From: a virus
DNA: 41,872 bases
Direction: 5' to 3' (one strand)
Virus record (IMG/VR): IMGVR_UViG_3300017598_000874
In this document: one piece after another, positions 1 to 7,262 of the stretch
How positions within the stretch are numbered: the stretch's first letter is position 1
Layout: every line of letters starts with the position of its first letter
Made by a program: the position numbers and the translations under genes
The notes under the pieces: model-generated
What the model saw: only the letters and a program-made list of their open reading frames with translations
Databases searched by the model: none
What the model was told of the DNA's origin: nothing

Positions 1-121
1 CAGGTTTTTTACGGGGATATTTGCCTGGGCTATATCCCCGCCCTTAAAAAAGGGGGGGAATACATTGGAAGCGAACTCCAGAAACACATCATTGATAACA
101 ATATCACGACCGCTTTAATTA
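1..121. repeat. terminal overlap, copy 1 (identical to 41752-41872)
   Basis: Read directly: nt 1-121 equal nt 41752-41872 (121/121). An ORF runs through the join in frame, so the unit genome is 41751 bp. Confidence 0.95.
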
Positions 122-924
122 ACTCATACCAGTATTTGGACGAAAAATTCACACGAGGCAAAGGCGATTTTGAATATGTTGATGAACACCTAGGGTGGAA
201 CGATCAACACAAAGGCCACCTTCAATCTGTTACCCTTGAAATTGACATTCCTGAAAATGATTCCGGCAGGGCCATTGGCGGAAAATATCTAAGAGTCACC
301 ACTTTCATTTCCTACTTTGCCCCCTATGGAGGGAGTGACGGACTAATTAAATGGGCATTTAATCAGGCAGATACCTATGATGGCTACAGGAAGCGCCTTG
401 ACAGGCTATCTGAGGACGGAACGGCTATGCATGCATCCATCGAAGCCTATTTAAACAGAACACGCTCTGCGGGCGAGCTGGAGGCTCTGCCGGACGGATG
501 GCTTAATTTTGTCAATAAGTACGAAATTGACGTTATCGAGACGGAAAAGCGGTTCTACGACAACACGCTGGGCGTGACCGGCCAGCCCGACCTGCTTTGT
601 TTTCTCCGAAAGCGTGGTAGTGAGGATGAATTTAAATTAACCGTAGTGGATTGGAAATCCAAAAAGAAGCCGTCTATGAAAGAACAGCTACAGCTATCCA
701 TCTACTCGAAAAATAAAAGCTTTGAAGACCAACCGGTTGAGCAGGCCATAGTTGTTTGTTTCGGTGCAGAAAATGCACAGGGCTTTACTACGGCAACCTA
801 TAAGCGGGATAAAATTGAAGCCACCTATCAGGCAATGATATTGCTTCGGAAGGTCATGGAGGGGTGCGGTGTGTGGGTTCACGAAAGTAAATACTGGGGA
901 ATCCCGCGAAAGGAGATCAAATGA
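1..924 (+). CDS. HIRAN-domain + PD-(D/E)XK (RecB/Cas4-like) nuclease fusion, C-terminal part (gene starts at 41623 across the overlap)
   Basis: The frame of ORF 136-924 stays open back to nt 1. It is in frame with ATG 41623 on the circular map (264 nt apart). Nuclease motifs: TAMHASIEAYL, GQPDLLCF, VVDWKSKKK (D...DxK), QLQLSIY (QxxxY). Confidence 0.7.
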   Translation, partial: QVFYGDICLGYIPALKKGGEYIGSELQKHIIDNNITTALINSYQYLDEKFTRGKGDFEYVDEHLGWNDQHKGHLQSVTLEIDIPENDSGRAIGGKYLRVTTFISYFAPYGGSDGLIKWAFNQADTYDGYRKRLDRLSEDGTAMHASIEAYLNRTRSAGELEALPDGWLNFVNKYEIDVIETEKRFYDNTLGVTGQPDLLCFLRKRGSEDEFKLTVVDWKSKKKPSMKEQLQLSIYSKNKSFEDQPVEQAIVVCFGAENAQGFTTATYKRDKIEATYQAMILLRKVMEGCGVWVHESKYWGIPRKEIK

Positions 925-1112
925 AAACAAAACGCTGGCGGGTTCCCTGTATGGTTCAACTTCTGGTTGGGTTGTTTAAGAAAGACACCAATCTGTGCCT
1001 TAAATGTAAATACCTTTCAGAGGATGGTATCTGCTACGAACTCTCAAACCGCGTGTGCTGTGCTTGTCGCCCAGATCACCGGAACAAATGCAAGGACTTC
1101 AAAAAGAAGTAA
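921..1112 (+). CDS. small Cys-rich protein (putative Zn-binding)
   Basis: ATGA overlap with the upstream stop. SD aaaggag. About 10 Cys in 63 aa. The N-terminus MKTKRWRVPCMVQLLVG resembles the family-C leader and carries CTGGTTGG at 963-970. Confidence 0.5.
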   Translation: MKTKRWRVPCMVQLLVGLFKKDTNLCLKCKYLSEDGICYELSNRVCCACRPDHRNKCKDFKKK

Positions 1113-1194
1113 ACCCAACGTTGAGATAACTTGCGAGTGCTTTTCTCGTCAAGTTAATTGACGTGTTATGCTAAAAACTAAAGGAGAAAACAAG

Positions 1195-1521
1195 ATGAAT
1201 GTAATAATTAATCCAGGCACAGAAGCAGTTGAACAAGCAACAATTGAAAACGCAACAATAAATATGAAACAATTAATTGAAGATTCTGGGCAAACTGGCG
1301 TTACTTTTGAACGAATAAAAAAACAAGATGCTGAAGGTAGATTTGCTTTCAGATTAAAAAGTGAGAAGCACAATTTTACAATCGGTGTTGATATGCCTGG
1401 TTGTGATTTAGAAAAAGTTCAAGCAAGTAAACCATTTTATTCGCCAAGATTGTATATTGACGGTTCAAGTTGGCTTTGGGGATATGCACTTGGATTTATA
1501 GATTTTGATAGAGACAAATAA
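1195..1521 (+). CDS. hypothetical protein in an AT-rich island
   Basis: ATG 1195 is preceded by aaaggag (1180-1186). Visibly AT-richer than the flanks. No recognisable motif. Confidence 0.6.
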   Translation: MNVIINPGTEAVEQATIENATINMKQLIEDSGQTGVTFERIKKQDAEGRFAFRLKSEKHNFTIGVDMPGCDLEKVQASKPFYSPRLYIDGSSWLWGYALGFIDFDRDK

Positions 1522-1570
1522 GCATAACGTTTGAAATGAGTTTCCGAACACATAAACATGGAGAAGAAAA

Positions 1571-1756
1571 ATGGGCGTTATTGAGGTAAATTCAATTTCC
1601 TTGTTCGATTCAGCTCTTTGCTGGTGGCAAAGACGAAGACCTTTAATCTGGACTCAGGAGCAACATCTTGAACATCCAACGATAAACTGTGTTGATTCAG
1701 CAGAGCACAGGCTTGCCGAAAATGTCGCACGAATCGTCAAGGAATCGACTGAATGA
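1571..1756 (+). CDS. hypothetical protein
   Basis: SD ggagaag upstream of the ATG. The stop overlaps the next start (ATGA). Confidence 0.45.
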   Translation: MGVIEVNSISLFDSALCWWQRRRPLIWTQEQHLEHPTINCVDSAEHRLAENVARIVKESTE

Positions 1757-2049
1757 GACTGAAGAAGGGGAATACTATGGATGATGTAAGATGTACAAAA
1801 TGTGGATGCCAAATCAAACCGACTTATGAGTGTGCGTGTCGCGCCCCTTCTGATAGTTCTCGATTGACTGGTTCTGTTTCTCAACGGTTAATCGAAGCTG
1901 AAGACATCCTCTCGGATTTATCGACAGGGTTTTGGGTTTCAACGCTAGACGATGCTGATGTGCCAGTGAATGTTAAGATGGGACAGCGTGTTTTGAATTA
2001 CTGGAAGAAACAGAACGTCACGCATGAGCCTTGCGGAAAAAGGCTTTAA
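1753..2049 (+). CDS. hypothetical protein with N-terminal CxxC..CxC
   Basis: ATGA coupling to the upstream ORF. An alternative start at 1777 (MDDVRCTKCGC) has SD gaagggg. Carries the box TTGACTGGTTCT at 1864-1875. Confidence 0.5.
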   Translation: MRLKKGNTMDDVRCTKCGCQIKPTYECACRAPSDSSRLTGSVSQRLIEAEDILSDLSTGFWVSTLDDADVPVNVKMGQRVLNYWKKQNVTHEPCGKRL

Positions 2050-2104
2050 ATTAATCCGGCGCGTTGTCCGCATAGGTTCTATGCGCTGGTTAGGAGAAAA
2101 GGCT

Positions 2105-2338
2105 ATGGCGAATTCAAGATTATATATTTACGACGAAGACACGAACACTGCTGTTATGATTGCAAAAACAATGGGTTCCGGTTGGCGTAATCGCTCAGAT
2201 CAGGTTTCAGAAAAACTCAATGAGTTTTTTGATGGGCTTGAAGAAAACCAAGGATACGGGATGCCAGATTCAACAGGGCTTAAAATTGCCACAGAATATG
2301 AGGTCCCAAATGATGCTCGGTGTATTTATGACTCCTAA
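2105..2338 (+). CDS. hypothetical protein
   Basis: Start moved to ATG 2105 (MANSRLYIYDED), which follows AGGAG at 2092-2096. That SD is fused to the CTGGTTAG box at 2086-2093. Confidence 0.5.
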   Translation: MANSRLYIYDEDTNTAVMIAKTMGSGWRNRSDQVSEKLNEFFDGLEENQGYGMPDSTGLKIATEYEVPNDARCIYDS

Positions 2339-2348
2339 CGACTAACAT

Positions 2349-2403
2349 GACTTTCGGTGCGGTCAACCTCGACTACCGCACCGGACGTTTTCACCGTAAA
2401 GTC
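2349..2403 (+). other. nested stem-loop in the 85-nt spacer
   Basis: Outer stem GACTTT (2349-2354) pairs with AAAGTC (2398-2403). Inner perfect 8-bp stem GGTGCGGT (2356-2363) pairs with ACCGCACC (2375-2382). Followed by GTTTTCACCGTA..CTGGTTGG, which is shared with family C. Confidence 0.6.
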
Positions 2404-2423
2404 GATGGACTGGTTGGATTATT

Positions 2424-2627
2424 ATGGAAGAAATCAAAATAGAATTAGAAGTTCTCACCGAAAGGCGGAATGAAAGGCAATGCGAGATTGCAGAGTTCTT
2501 TAACTGTCGCTTCCCGACTGATGTTGAATTTTGCAAAATTGGCAAATTGTGTGATGCGATTTTCACGCTTGAGGAGCGCATTGACGTTTGCCAAACGTTG
2601 CTGGACACAATCAAATCCAACAGGTGA
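2424..2627 (+). CDS. hypothetical protein
   Basis: ORF follows a structured 85-nt spacer. Weak SD. The C-terminus runs into family-D repeat copy A. Confidence 0.45.
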   Translation: MEEIKIELEVLTERRNERQCEIAEFFNCRFPTDVEFCKIGKLCDAIFTLEERIDVCQTLLDTIKSNR

Positions 2628-2678
2628 TATAAATATAAAAAGTCCATCTACGCAGATATTAAAGAGGAAAAGATGACT
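2613..2678 (+). repeat. family-D leader, copy A (upstream of VRR-NUC)
   Basis: AAATCCAACAGGTGATATAAATATAAAAAGTCCATCTACGCAGATATTAAAGAGGAAAAGATGACT. Confidence 0.9.
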
Positions 2679-3113
2679 GCACCAAGAATAAACCTGTCAG
2701 ATTCGGTGATTGAGCGAATGACCACCGATCAAAGAAAATCCCTTAAAGTTAAAACCAGAAGTGAAATTAACGCAAAACTCGAAGAAAAAGCTGAAAAGGT
2801 AATCCAAAACGAAGTAGAGAGCTGGCTTCGGCACAACGGGTTTTGGCCCCGATCGCCCGCTTTCTTGGACGGGAAGGTGCCACCTCGGGGGTGGTACACG
2901 CACACAAACAAAGCCAAGGGAAACCCCCTCACGCTCGATCTGACGGCATGGACGCTTGAGGGGGGCAATGTACTGGAATTAGAGCTGAAGACGCTTCACG
3001 GGACGCTCAGGCCCCATCAGCGGGTTATTCTGGACACAACGCCGTGTGCAAAGCTGGCGAGGAGCACTGAAGAGGCTATTGAGATTATTAGAGAGTGGTT
3101 TAACATCCCTTGA
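2673..3113 (+). CDS. VRR-NUC-like nuclease
   Basis: Pattern EKVIQNEVESWLRHNG ... NPLTLDLTAW ... LELELKTLHGTLRPHQ fits the VRR-NUC layout (D..ExK then Q). SD agaggaaaag lies within the family-D leader. Confidence 0.65.
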   Translation: MTAPRINLSDSVIERMTTDQRKSLKVKTRSEINAKLEEKAEKVIQNEVESWLRHNGFWPRSPAFLDGKVPPRGWYTHTNKAKGNPLTLDLTAWTLEGGNVLELELKTLHGTLRPHQRVILDTTPCAKLARSTEEAIEIIREWFNIP

Positions 3114-3137
3114 CAATGAATGAAGAGAGTGTATCAT
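3110..3137 (+). promoter_or_regulatory. sigma70-like promoter
   Basis: TTGACA, 16 nt, TATCAT, with a TG at the extended -10 position. Overlaps the VRR-NUC stop. Confidence 0.55.
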
Positions 3138-3166
3138 GGATAGCTTATTAAGCGGAAGGCAATGAA

Positions 3167-3382
3167 ATGGACGATAAGGTACTGAACGAAGAACTGAAAT
3201 CAAGTGCAAGGCGGCATTCCAAGCGGCTCATCGACAAGATGAAAGAAATCGGTGACGTTCCTGCCGTGGTGCAGGATTCAATCCGCACAGAAATGGAATA
3301 CGCCACAAAAGACGGCTACCGCATCACCGCCAGACATTTCCGAAATGGAGAATTCTGTGACGAAGACACCGGCAACCGCTAA
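3167..3382 (+). CDS. hypothetical protein
   Basis: First ORF after the sigma70-like promoter at 3110-3137. SD ggaagg. Confidence 0.45.
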   Translation: MDDKVLNEELKSSARRHSKRLIDKMKEIGDVPAVVQDSIRTEMEYATKDGYRITARHFRNGEFCDEDTGNR

Positions 3383-3962
3383 AAAATCCTTCATCCTGTA
3401 CGTCGATCTGCACGATGTTGTCTCAGAAATGTCTGAGGATGAAGCTGGGCATCTCTTCAAAGCCATCCTCCATTACCAGAAATTCGGGGAGCGTCCGGAC
3501 GTTCCTAAATCTGTTAAATTTACGTTCCTTCACCTCGTTTCGCAGTTCAAAAGGGATAATGCTAAGTGGGATGATATTCGCGTAAAGCGTTCTGATGCAG
3601 GTAAAAAGGGAGCCAAGCAAAAGCTAGCACTTGCTGGCAAAAGAAAGCAAAAGTCAGCAAAACAAGCTGTTAATGTAAGTGTTAATGTAAATGTAAGTGA
3701 TATATTAAATACAATGGGGAAGGCTAGAAGGGAAAGTTTTCAGCGGTGGATGCGGTACAAGTCAGAGAAGGGCCAGACGTACAAGCCAACCGGCTTCAAA
3801 GCCCTTGTCTCAAAATGGGAGAAGGTTTCGGATGAACGGCTTAACGCCGCTGTAACGCACTCCTCTTCCAATAATTATTCAGGGCTTTTTGAGCAAAACA
3901 CGCCTGTTCCCACCCCCAACGCCATAGAGACCGGACTAACCGACGAGGACTACAAGCTATGA
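3345..3962 (+). CDS. replisome-organiser/DnaD-like protein (tentative)
   Basis: Sits immediately upstream of the DnaC-like loader, with an ATGA overlap to it. The N-terminus KKSFILYVDLHDVVSEMSEDEAGHLFKAILHY resembles phage replication-organiser N-domains. Contains a basic KKGAKQKLALAGKRKQK stretch. The start is uncertain (ORF-track start 3252 is a GTG). Confidence 0.45.
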   Translation: MENSVTKTPATAKKSFILYVDLHDVVSEMSEDEAGHLFKAILHYQKFGERPDVPKSVKFTFLHLVSQFKRDNAKWDDIRVKRSDAGKKGAKQKLALAGKRKQKSAKQAVNVSVNVNVSDILNTMGKARRESFQRWMRYKSEKGQTYKPTGFKALVSKWEKVSDERLNAAVTHSSSNNYSGLFEQNTPVPTPNAIETGLTDEDYKL

Positions 3963-4609
3963 AAATCCCCACATCCATGCTGAAGCCCCCGGACACGAGG
4001 CCGGAACCAGAGGCCAATCTCATTGACCCCCTGATCGAAAAGGTGGGAATGAGCTTTGATAAACTGAGGCTGAAACGAACCCCGCTTATTGAGGCCGTCA
4101 TGCCGGTTTTTGGGCGCATCTGGTTTGACGTGAAGGATACCGATTTGTTTCAGCATGAATTTTCACAGGAGCGCGTTGTCGATACGGGGTATGCAATAGC
4201 AAAGCAGGGCGTACTGCTTGCCGGAGACGTGGGGGTTGGGAAAACAACCATTCTTCGCAGTATGGCATCCAGAATATGCGGTGAATATCTGAGTGTTCCT
4301 GAGCTGGCAATTACCTTCTCCCGTTTTGGCGCGGAGGGTTTTTGGGAACTGCTTGAAAGGGCGAGAAGCTGGGATTTATTTTTAGACGACCTCGGAGCAG
4401 AGGAAACGGTAAAAAGCTACACCAACCCGCTTCCGATTCCAGACTTGCTTTATCGCCGGTATGATTTATGGCAGAGCAGGGGTATCCGAACCCACATCGC
4501 CAGCAACCTGTCTGCCAAAGGAATTGAGGATCGTTACGGGTTGCGGGTGAGAGACAGGTTTCGGGAAATGATGCATGTCATTCCGTGTACAGGGAAGAGT
4601 TTGAGGTGA
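3959..4609 (+). CDS. DnaC/IstB-like AAA+ helicase loader
   Basis: Walker A LLAGDVGVGKTT. Walker B DLFLDDLGAEE. Size and position fit a loader. Confidence 0.85.
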   Translation: MKIPTSMLKPPDTRPEPEANLIDPLIEKVGMSFDKLRLKRTPLIEAVMPVFGRIWFDVKDTDLFQHEFSQERVVDTGYAIAKQGVLLAGDVGVGKTTILRSMASRICGEYLSVPELAITFSRFGAEGFWELLERARSWDLFLDDLGAEETVKSYTNPLPIPDLLYRRYDLWQSRGIRTHIASNLSAKGIEDRYGLRVRDRFREMMHVIPCTGKSLR

Positions 4610-4651
4610 TGGAGAAATCAGTTTTGCGAAACAGAAATAACGGAGGACATC

Positions 4652-4924
4652 ATGTGTACTGAAAATGAAAATATTGCGGACGGCGTTGAGCATAAATCTG
4701 AATTGACTGGTTCGGTTTCTGCGTGTGACATCATCAAAACGTGGCTCAAAGAAAACGGCTACGACGGTTTGTGCGACAACGATGAATGTGGTTGCGGATT
4801 GGACGATCTTGCACCGTGCGATTACATTGGGCTCTATCACTGCGTTGCCGCGCACAAACAAGACAATGGATTATTTTATGAGGGGAAGAAATCGAGCGAC
4901 GGTGTGAGCCTCGCAGGGAAATAG
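4652..4924 (+). CDS. hypothetical acidic Cys-rich protein
   Basis: SD cggagga. CDNDECGCGLDDLAPCD. Carries the box TTGACTGGTTCG at 4703-4714. Confidence 0.5.
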   Translation: MCTENENIADGVEHKSELTGSVSACDIIKTWLKENGYDGLCDNDECGCGLDDLAPCDYIGLYHCVAAHKQDNGLFYEGKKSSDGVSLAGK

Positions 4925-4934
4925 GAGAGTGATT

Positions 4935-5234
4935 ATGCGTATGAAAACAAATTTCAAAATCTGGTGCGGGGTATTGCGTAGGTTCCACGTATCGGTTCGA
5001 TTCTTCGAGGTTGCAGCAATCCTTGGGTTTCTCGATAAAGACACATGGAGAACGTTGTTTCCTCCATTCAAAGGTTGGGACATTGGATGCTACTACTGCG
5101 ACCTGCATGACCGCTCGGTTGAGCGTGGCGTGTGTGGCTATGGAGAAAGGCGTGGTTGGAAAAAGTGTGGTCGCGTTATAGGAGAAACGAACGATAAGAT
5201 GAGGCTGAAGAGCCGAAGGAGAAACGATGACTGA
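4935..5234 (+). CDS. hypothetical protein
   Basis: ATG 4935 lies 7 nt after AGGAG (4923-4927). The 3' end is read through family-A leader copy 1. Confidence 0.4.
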   Translation: MRMKTNFKIWCGVLRRFHVSVRFFEVAAILGFLDKDTWRTLFPPFKGWDIGCYYCDLHDRSVERGVCGYGERRGWKKCGRVIGETNDKMRLKSRRRNDD

Positions 5235-5279
5235 TACAAAAAAGCGTGACGGCCTTGATAGCCTCGATGAACTGGCTGG
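5199..5279 (+). repeat. family-A leader, copy 1
   Basis: ATGAGGCTGAAGAGCCGAAGGAGAAACGATGACTGATACAAAAAAGCGTGACGGCCTTGATAGCCTCGATGAACTGGCTGG. About 93% identical to 38425-38505. Confidence 0.9.
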
Positions 5280-5445
5280 CCTGCTGGAAGAAGCTTATCG
5301 CGCTGGCTACTCACAAGGCTATGAAGGGGGTTCTGTTGACGCTGGATTGCCCCCAACGCATAACGACCATGTTTGCCCGTGGGATGGCGACTACGCGAAG
5401 GCTAGGGCGACCACCTTTCTGAAGCAGGCCAACGTACTTGCGTGA
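5227..5445 (+). CDS. hypothetical protein, family-A N-terminus (MTDTKKRDGLDSLDEL)
   Basis: SD aaggag within the conserved leader. The first 16 codons are shared with 7553 and 38453. Confidence 0.55.
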   Translation: MTDTKKRDGLDSLDELAGLLEEAYRAGYSQGYEGGSVDAGLPPTHNDHVCPWDGDYAKARATTFLKQANVLA

Positions 5446-5463
5446 CCGTGAGCGCAAACCCTC

Positions 5464-5568
5464 CTAACGACAACCATGAGGCTGAACGGATTAACCAAAG
5501 GAGTAAAGCATGAGTGAAGAAGTTAAGAAAAACGCAGGGGGCAGTGATAGCCTCAATGAACTGGTTGG
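5464..5568 (+). repeat. family-A leader, diverged copy
   Basis: CTAACGACAACCATGAGGCTGAA ... GATAGCCTCAATGAACTGGTTGG. Confidence 0.7.
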
Positions 5569-5764
5569 ATGGCAAAAGGTTGGGTCTTTCAAGACGGTTG
5601 GAGAATTGAGACATCTGCTTCATCAATACGACAAAGAGTGCTCGATTGGGTTCATCAACCAACCAAAACAGGATCTATTCCTGCGAATTGAAGATGGGCG
5701 AGGAATGTTAGGATTCCAAAGGCCATCCAACGACCCGAATCAGACTGAAGGAGCAACCAAATGA
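5510..5764 (+). CDS. hypothetical protein, diverged family-A N-terminus (..GGSDSLNELVG)
   Basis: SD aaaggag. Box GATAGCCTCAATGAACTGGTTGG at 5546-5568. Confidence 0.55.
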   Translation: MSEEVKKNAGGSDSLNELVGWQKVGSFKTVGELRHLLHQYDKECSIGFINQPKQDLFLRIEDGRGMLGFQRPSNDPNQTEGATK

Positions 5765-6012
5765 CAATGATCGAACCAAAAACGCCCGATGCGAGTGATA
5801 GTCTGAATTTGCTGGTTAGCCAAATGAATCAGGAAATCGCTAATGCGATGGCAGTTGACATTCCAAAAATCATTATGCGAAACGGAACGATTGAATATCA
5901 ACAATCTCAAACCGTGCGAGAGGCCATTCACATGCGTGACTCTGCTTTAAACACGATGGCTAACAGAAGTATAAATGGGAAAAGTCCATCTACGCATACA
6001 TCACAGGAATAA
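5761..6012 (+). CDS. hypothetical protein, diverged family-A N-terminus (..DASDSLNLLVS)
   Basis: ATGA overlap with the upstream stop. Box at 5797-5819. The 3' end runs through family-D partial copy D. Confidence 0.5.
   Translation: MTMIEPKTPDASDSLNLLVSQMNQEIANAMAVDIPKIIMRNGTIEYQQSQTVREAIHMRDSALNTMANRSINGKSPSTHTSQE
5960..5996 (+). repeat. family-D, partial copy D
   Basis: CTAACAGAAGTATAAATGGGAAAAGTCCATCTACGCA. Confidence 0.7.
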
Positions 6013-6096
6013 AAAAACCTGAACTTTATGCTTGCACTTCCAAGTGCATATGCAATGCTAAAGGAACGATCAGGTTGAGCCTGAAGGAGCAAGCAG

Positions 6097-6336
6097 ATGA
6101 CTACAGATAAAACACAAAACGCGGGCGTTGCGACTGATAGCGCTCTAACCTCTGGCTCGGCAATGATTATGTCGTTTGTTACCGGACAAGATGCCTCTCT
6201 TTTTGGTGGGTGTGGGCGGTGCGACGCAACCGGATTGATTCACATCGAAGAAGGGAACTACTCGACTGATTGCCCTGACTGTCAAAGGAAAATAAATGAG
6301 AAAAGGAGAATAAATGAGAACTGGAAAAAATCATAA
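6097..6336 (+). CDS. hypothetical Zn-ribbon protein
   Basis: SD gaaggag. CGRC...CPDC. A weak box copy lies at 6136-6159. Confidence 0.5.
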   Translation: MTTDKTQNAGVATDSALTSGSAMIMSFVTGQDASLFGGCGRCDATGLIHIEEGNYSTDCPDCQRKINEKRRINENWKKS

Positions 6337-6469
6337 TGTTTATCTCAACCCGGTAGATTGGGATGAGCTAAAAGAAATCGGAGTGAAACATCGCCTCGAA
6401 CTGGAGAAACCCTCGAATTCTACAGGGGTGAGAGCGCTTCTTCGGTTCTGGAGAAAACATAAAAAATGA
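6314..6469 (+). CDS. small ORF (51 aa), possible ribbon-helix-helix-like
   Basis: Below the ORF-track cutoff and read by hand: MRTGKNHNVYLNPVDWDELKEIG...RALLRFWRKHKK. SD aaaaggaga. Overlaps the previous ORF by 23 nt. Confidence 0.3.
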   Translation: MRTGKNHNVYLNPVDWDELKEIGVKHRLELEKPSNSTGVRALLRFWRKHKK

Positions 6470-6529
6470 AGTCATCAGACATAAAGTTAGAAAATATCGA
6501 AGGCGACGGAGTAAAACAGGAGAAATAAG

Positions 6530-7171
6530 ATGAAATGGAAAAACGACACAACAGGCATGGCTCTCGACGGAGGTGTTTACGATGCCGTCTGTTGTAGCAT
6601 TATTGACATCGGCACCCAGCACGGTGAATGGCAGGGGAAAGAGAAAATTAAACGTCAGTGCATCATCGGGTGGGAGCTGCTTGACGAAACCTATGAAAAA
6701 GACGGAGAAACAAAGCGGTGTCATGCCAGCGAGTTTTACACGCAAAGCCTTGATCCCAGAGCAACACTTCGCAAACACCTGAAGGGCTGGCGCGGACGAG
6801 ACTTCACGCCGGAAGAACTGGCTGGGTTTGAACCTAAAAACATTCTCGGAAAGCCCTGCTCGCTTATGCTGGAACTAACTGACAAAGGGAAGAACCGCGT
6901 TGAAGCCATTAGTAAATATAAAGGTACAGATCAGCCCTCCCCGGAGGGTGACATTCGTTATTTTATGATGACGGATGATGACGGGAATATCACCTTTAAC
7001 GGCTATTTTCCCGAATGGATGAGCGACGGCATTAAAAAACTGATTGAAAAGTCAGATGAGTACCGAATTATCACAGGCGATTTAGTGCCTGTGACGGAGC
7101 CTCCCGAGTCCAGCGATTATGTCGGCGATGCTGTTCCTCCAGAAAATGAGGATGATAAAATCCCGTTCTAA
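6530..7171 (+). CDS. phage ssDNA-binding-like protein with SSB-type C-terminal tip
   Basis: The acidic C-terminal tail ends in PENEDDKIPF, which matches the bacterial SSB tip DDDIPF. SD caggaga. The body resembles phage DUF669-type SSB-like proteins (from memory, unverified). Confidence 0.6.
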   Translation: MKWKNDTTGMALDGGVYDAVCCSIIDIGTQHGEWQGKEKIKRQCIIGWELLDETYEKDGETKRCHASEFYTQSLDPRATLRKHLKGWRGRDFTPEELAGFEPKNILGKPCSLMLELTDKGKNRVEAISKYKGTDQPSPEGDIRYFMMTDDDGNITFNGYFPEWMSDGIKKLIEKSDEYRIITGDLVPVTEPPESSDYVGDAVPPENEDDKIPF

Positions 7172-7196
7172 CGAAAAAGATCAGGGGCTGGATGCT

Positions 7197-7262
7197 CCAA
7201 AGGAGACTACAGATGAGCGATAAAAACGCGGCGGGGCAAGACGTACCTTCCATTGACTGGTT
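7197..7262 (+). repeat. family-B leader, copy 1 (66 bp perfect)
   Basis: CCAAAGGAGACTACAGATGAGCGATAAAAACGCGGCGGGGCAAGACGTACCTTCCATTGACTGGTT, identical to 8174-8239. Confidence 0.95.

Noticed and set aside
6032-6061. Possible promoter TTGCAC-17/18-(ATGCTA/TGCTAA) upstream of ORF 6097.
   Set aside because: The -10 candidates are poor. The region is better described as the palindrome GCACTT-cc-AAGTGC (6034-6047) nested in a longer AACCTGA/TCAGGTT stem (about 6016-6022 and 6071-6077), with unknown function.
6368-6778. 136-aa minus-strand ORF.
   Set aside because: It is antisense to the SSB-like gene and the small plus-strand ORFs. It has no SD and lies against the direction of the arm.
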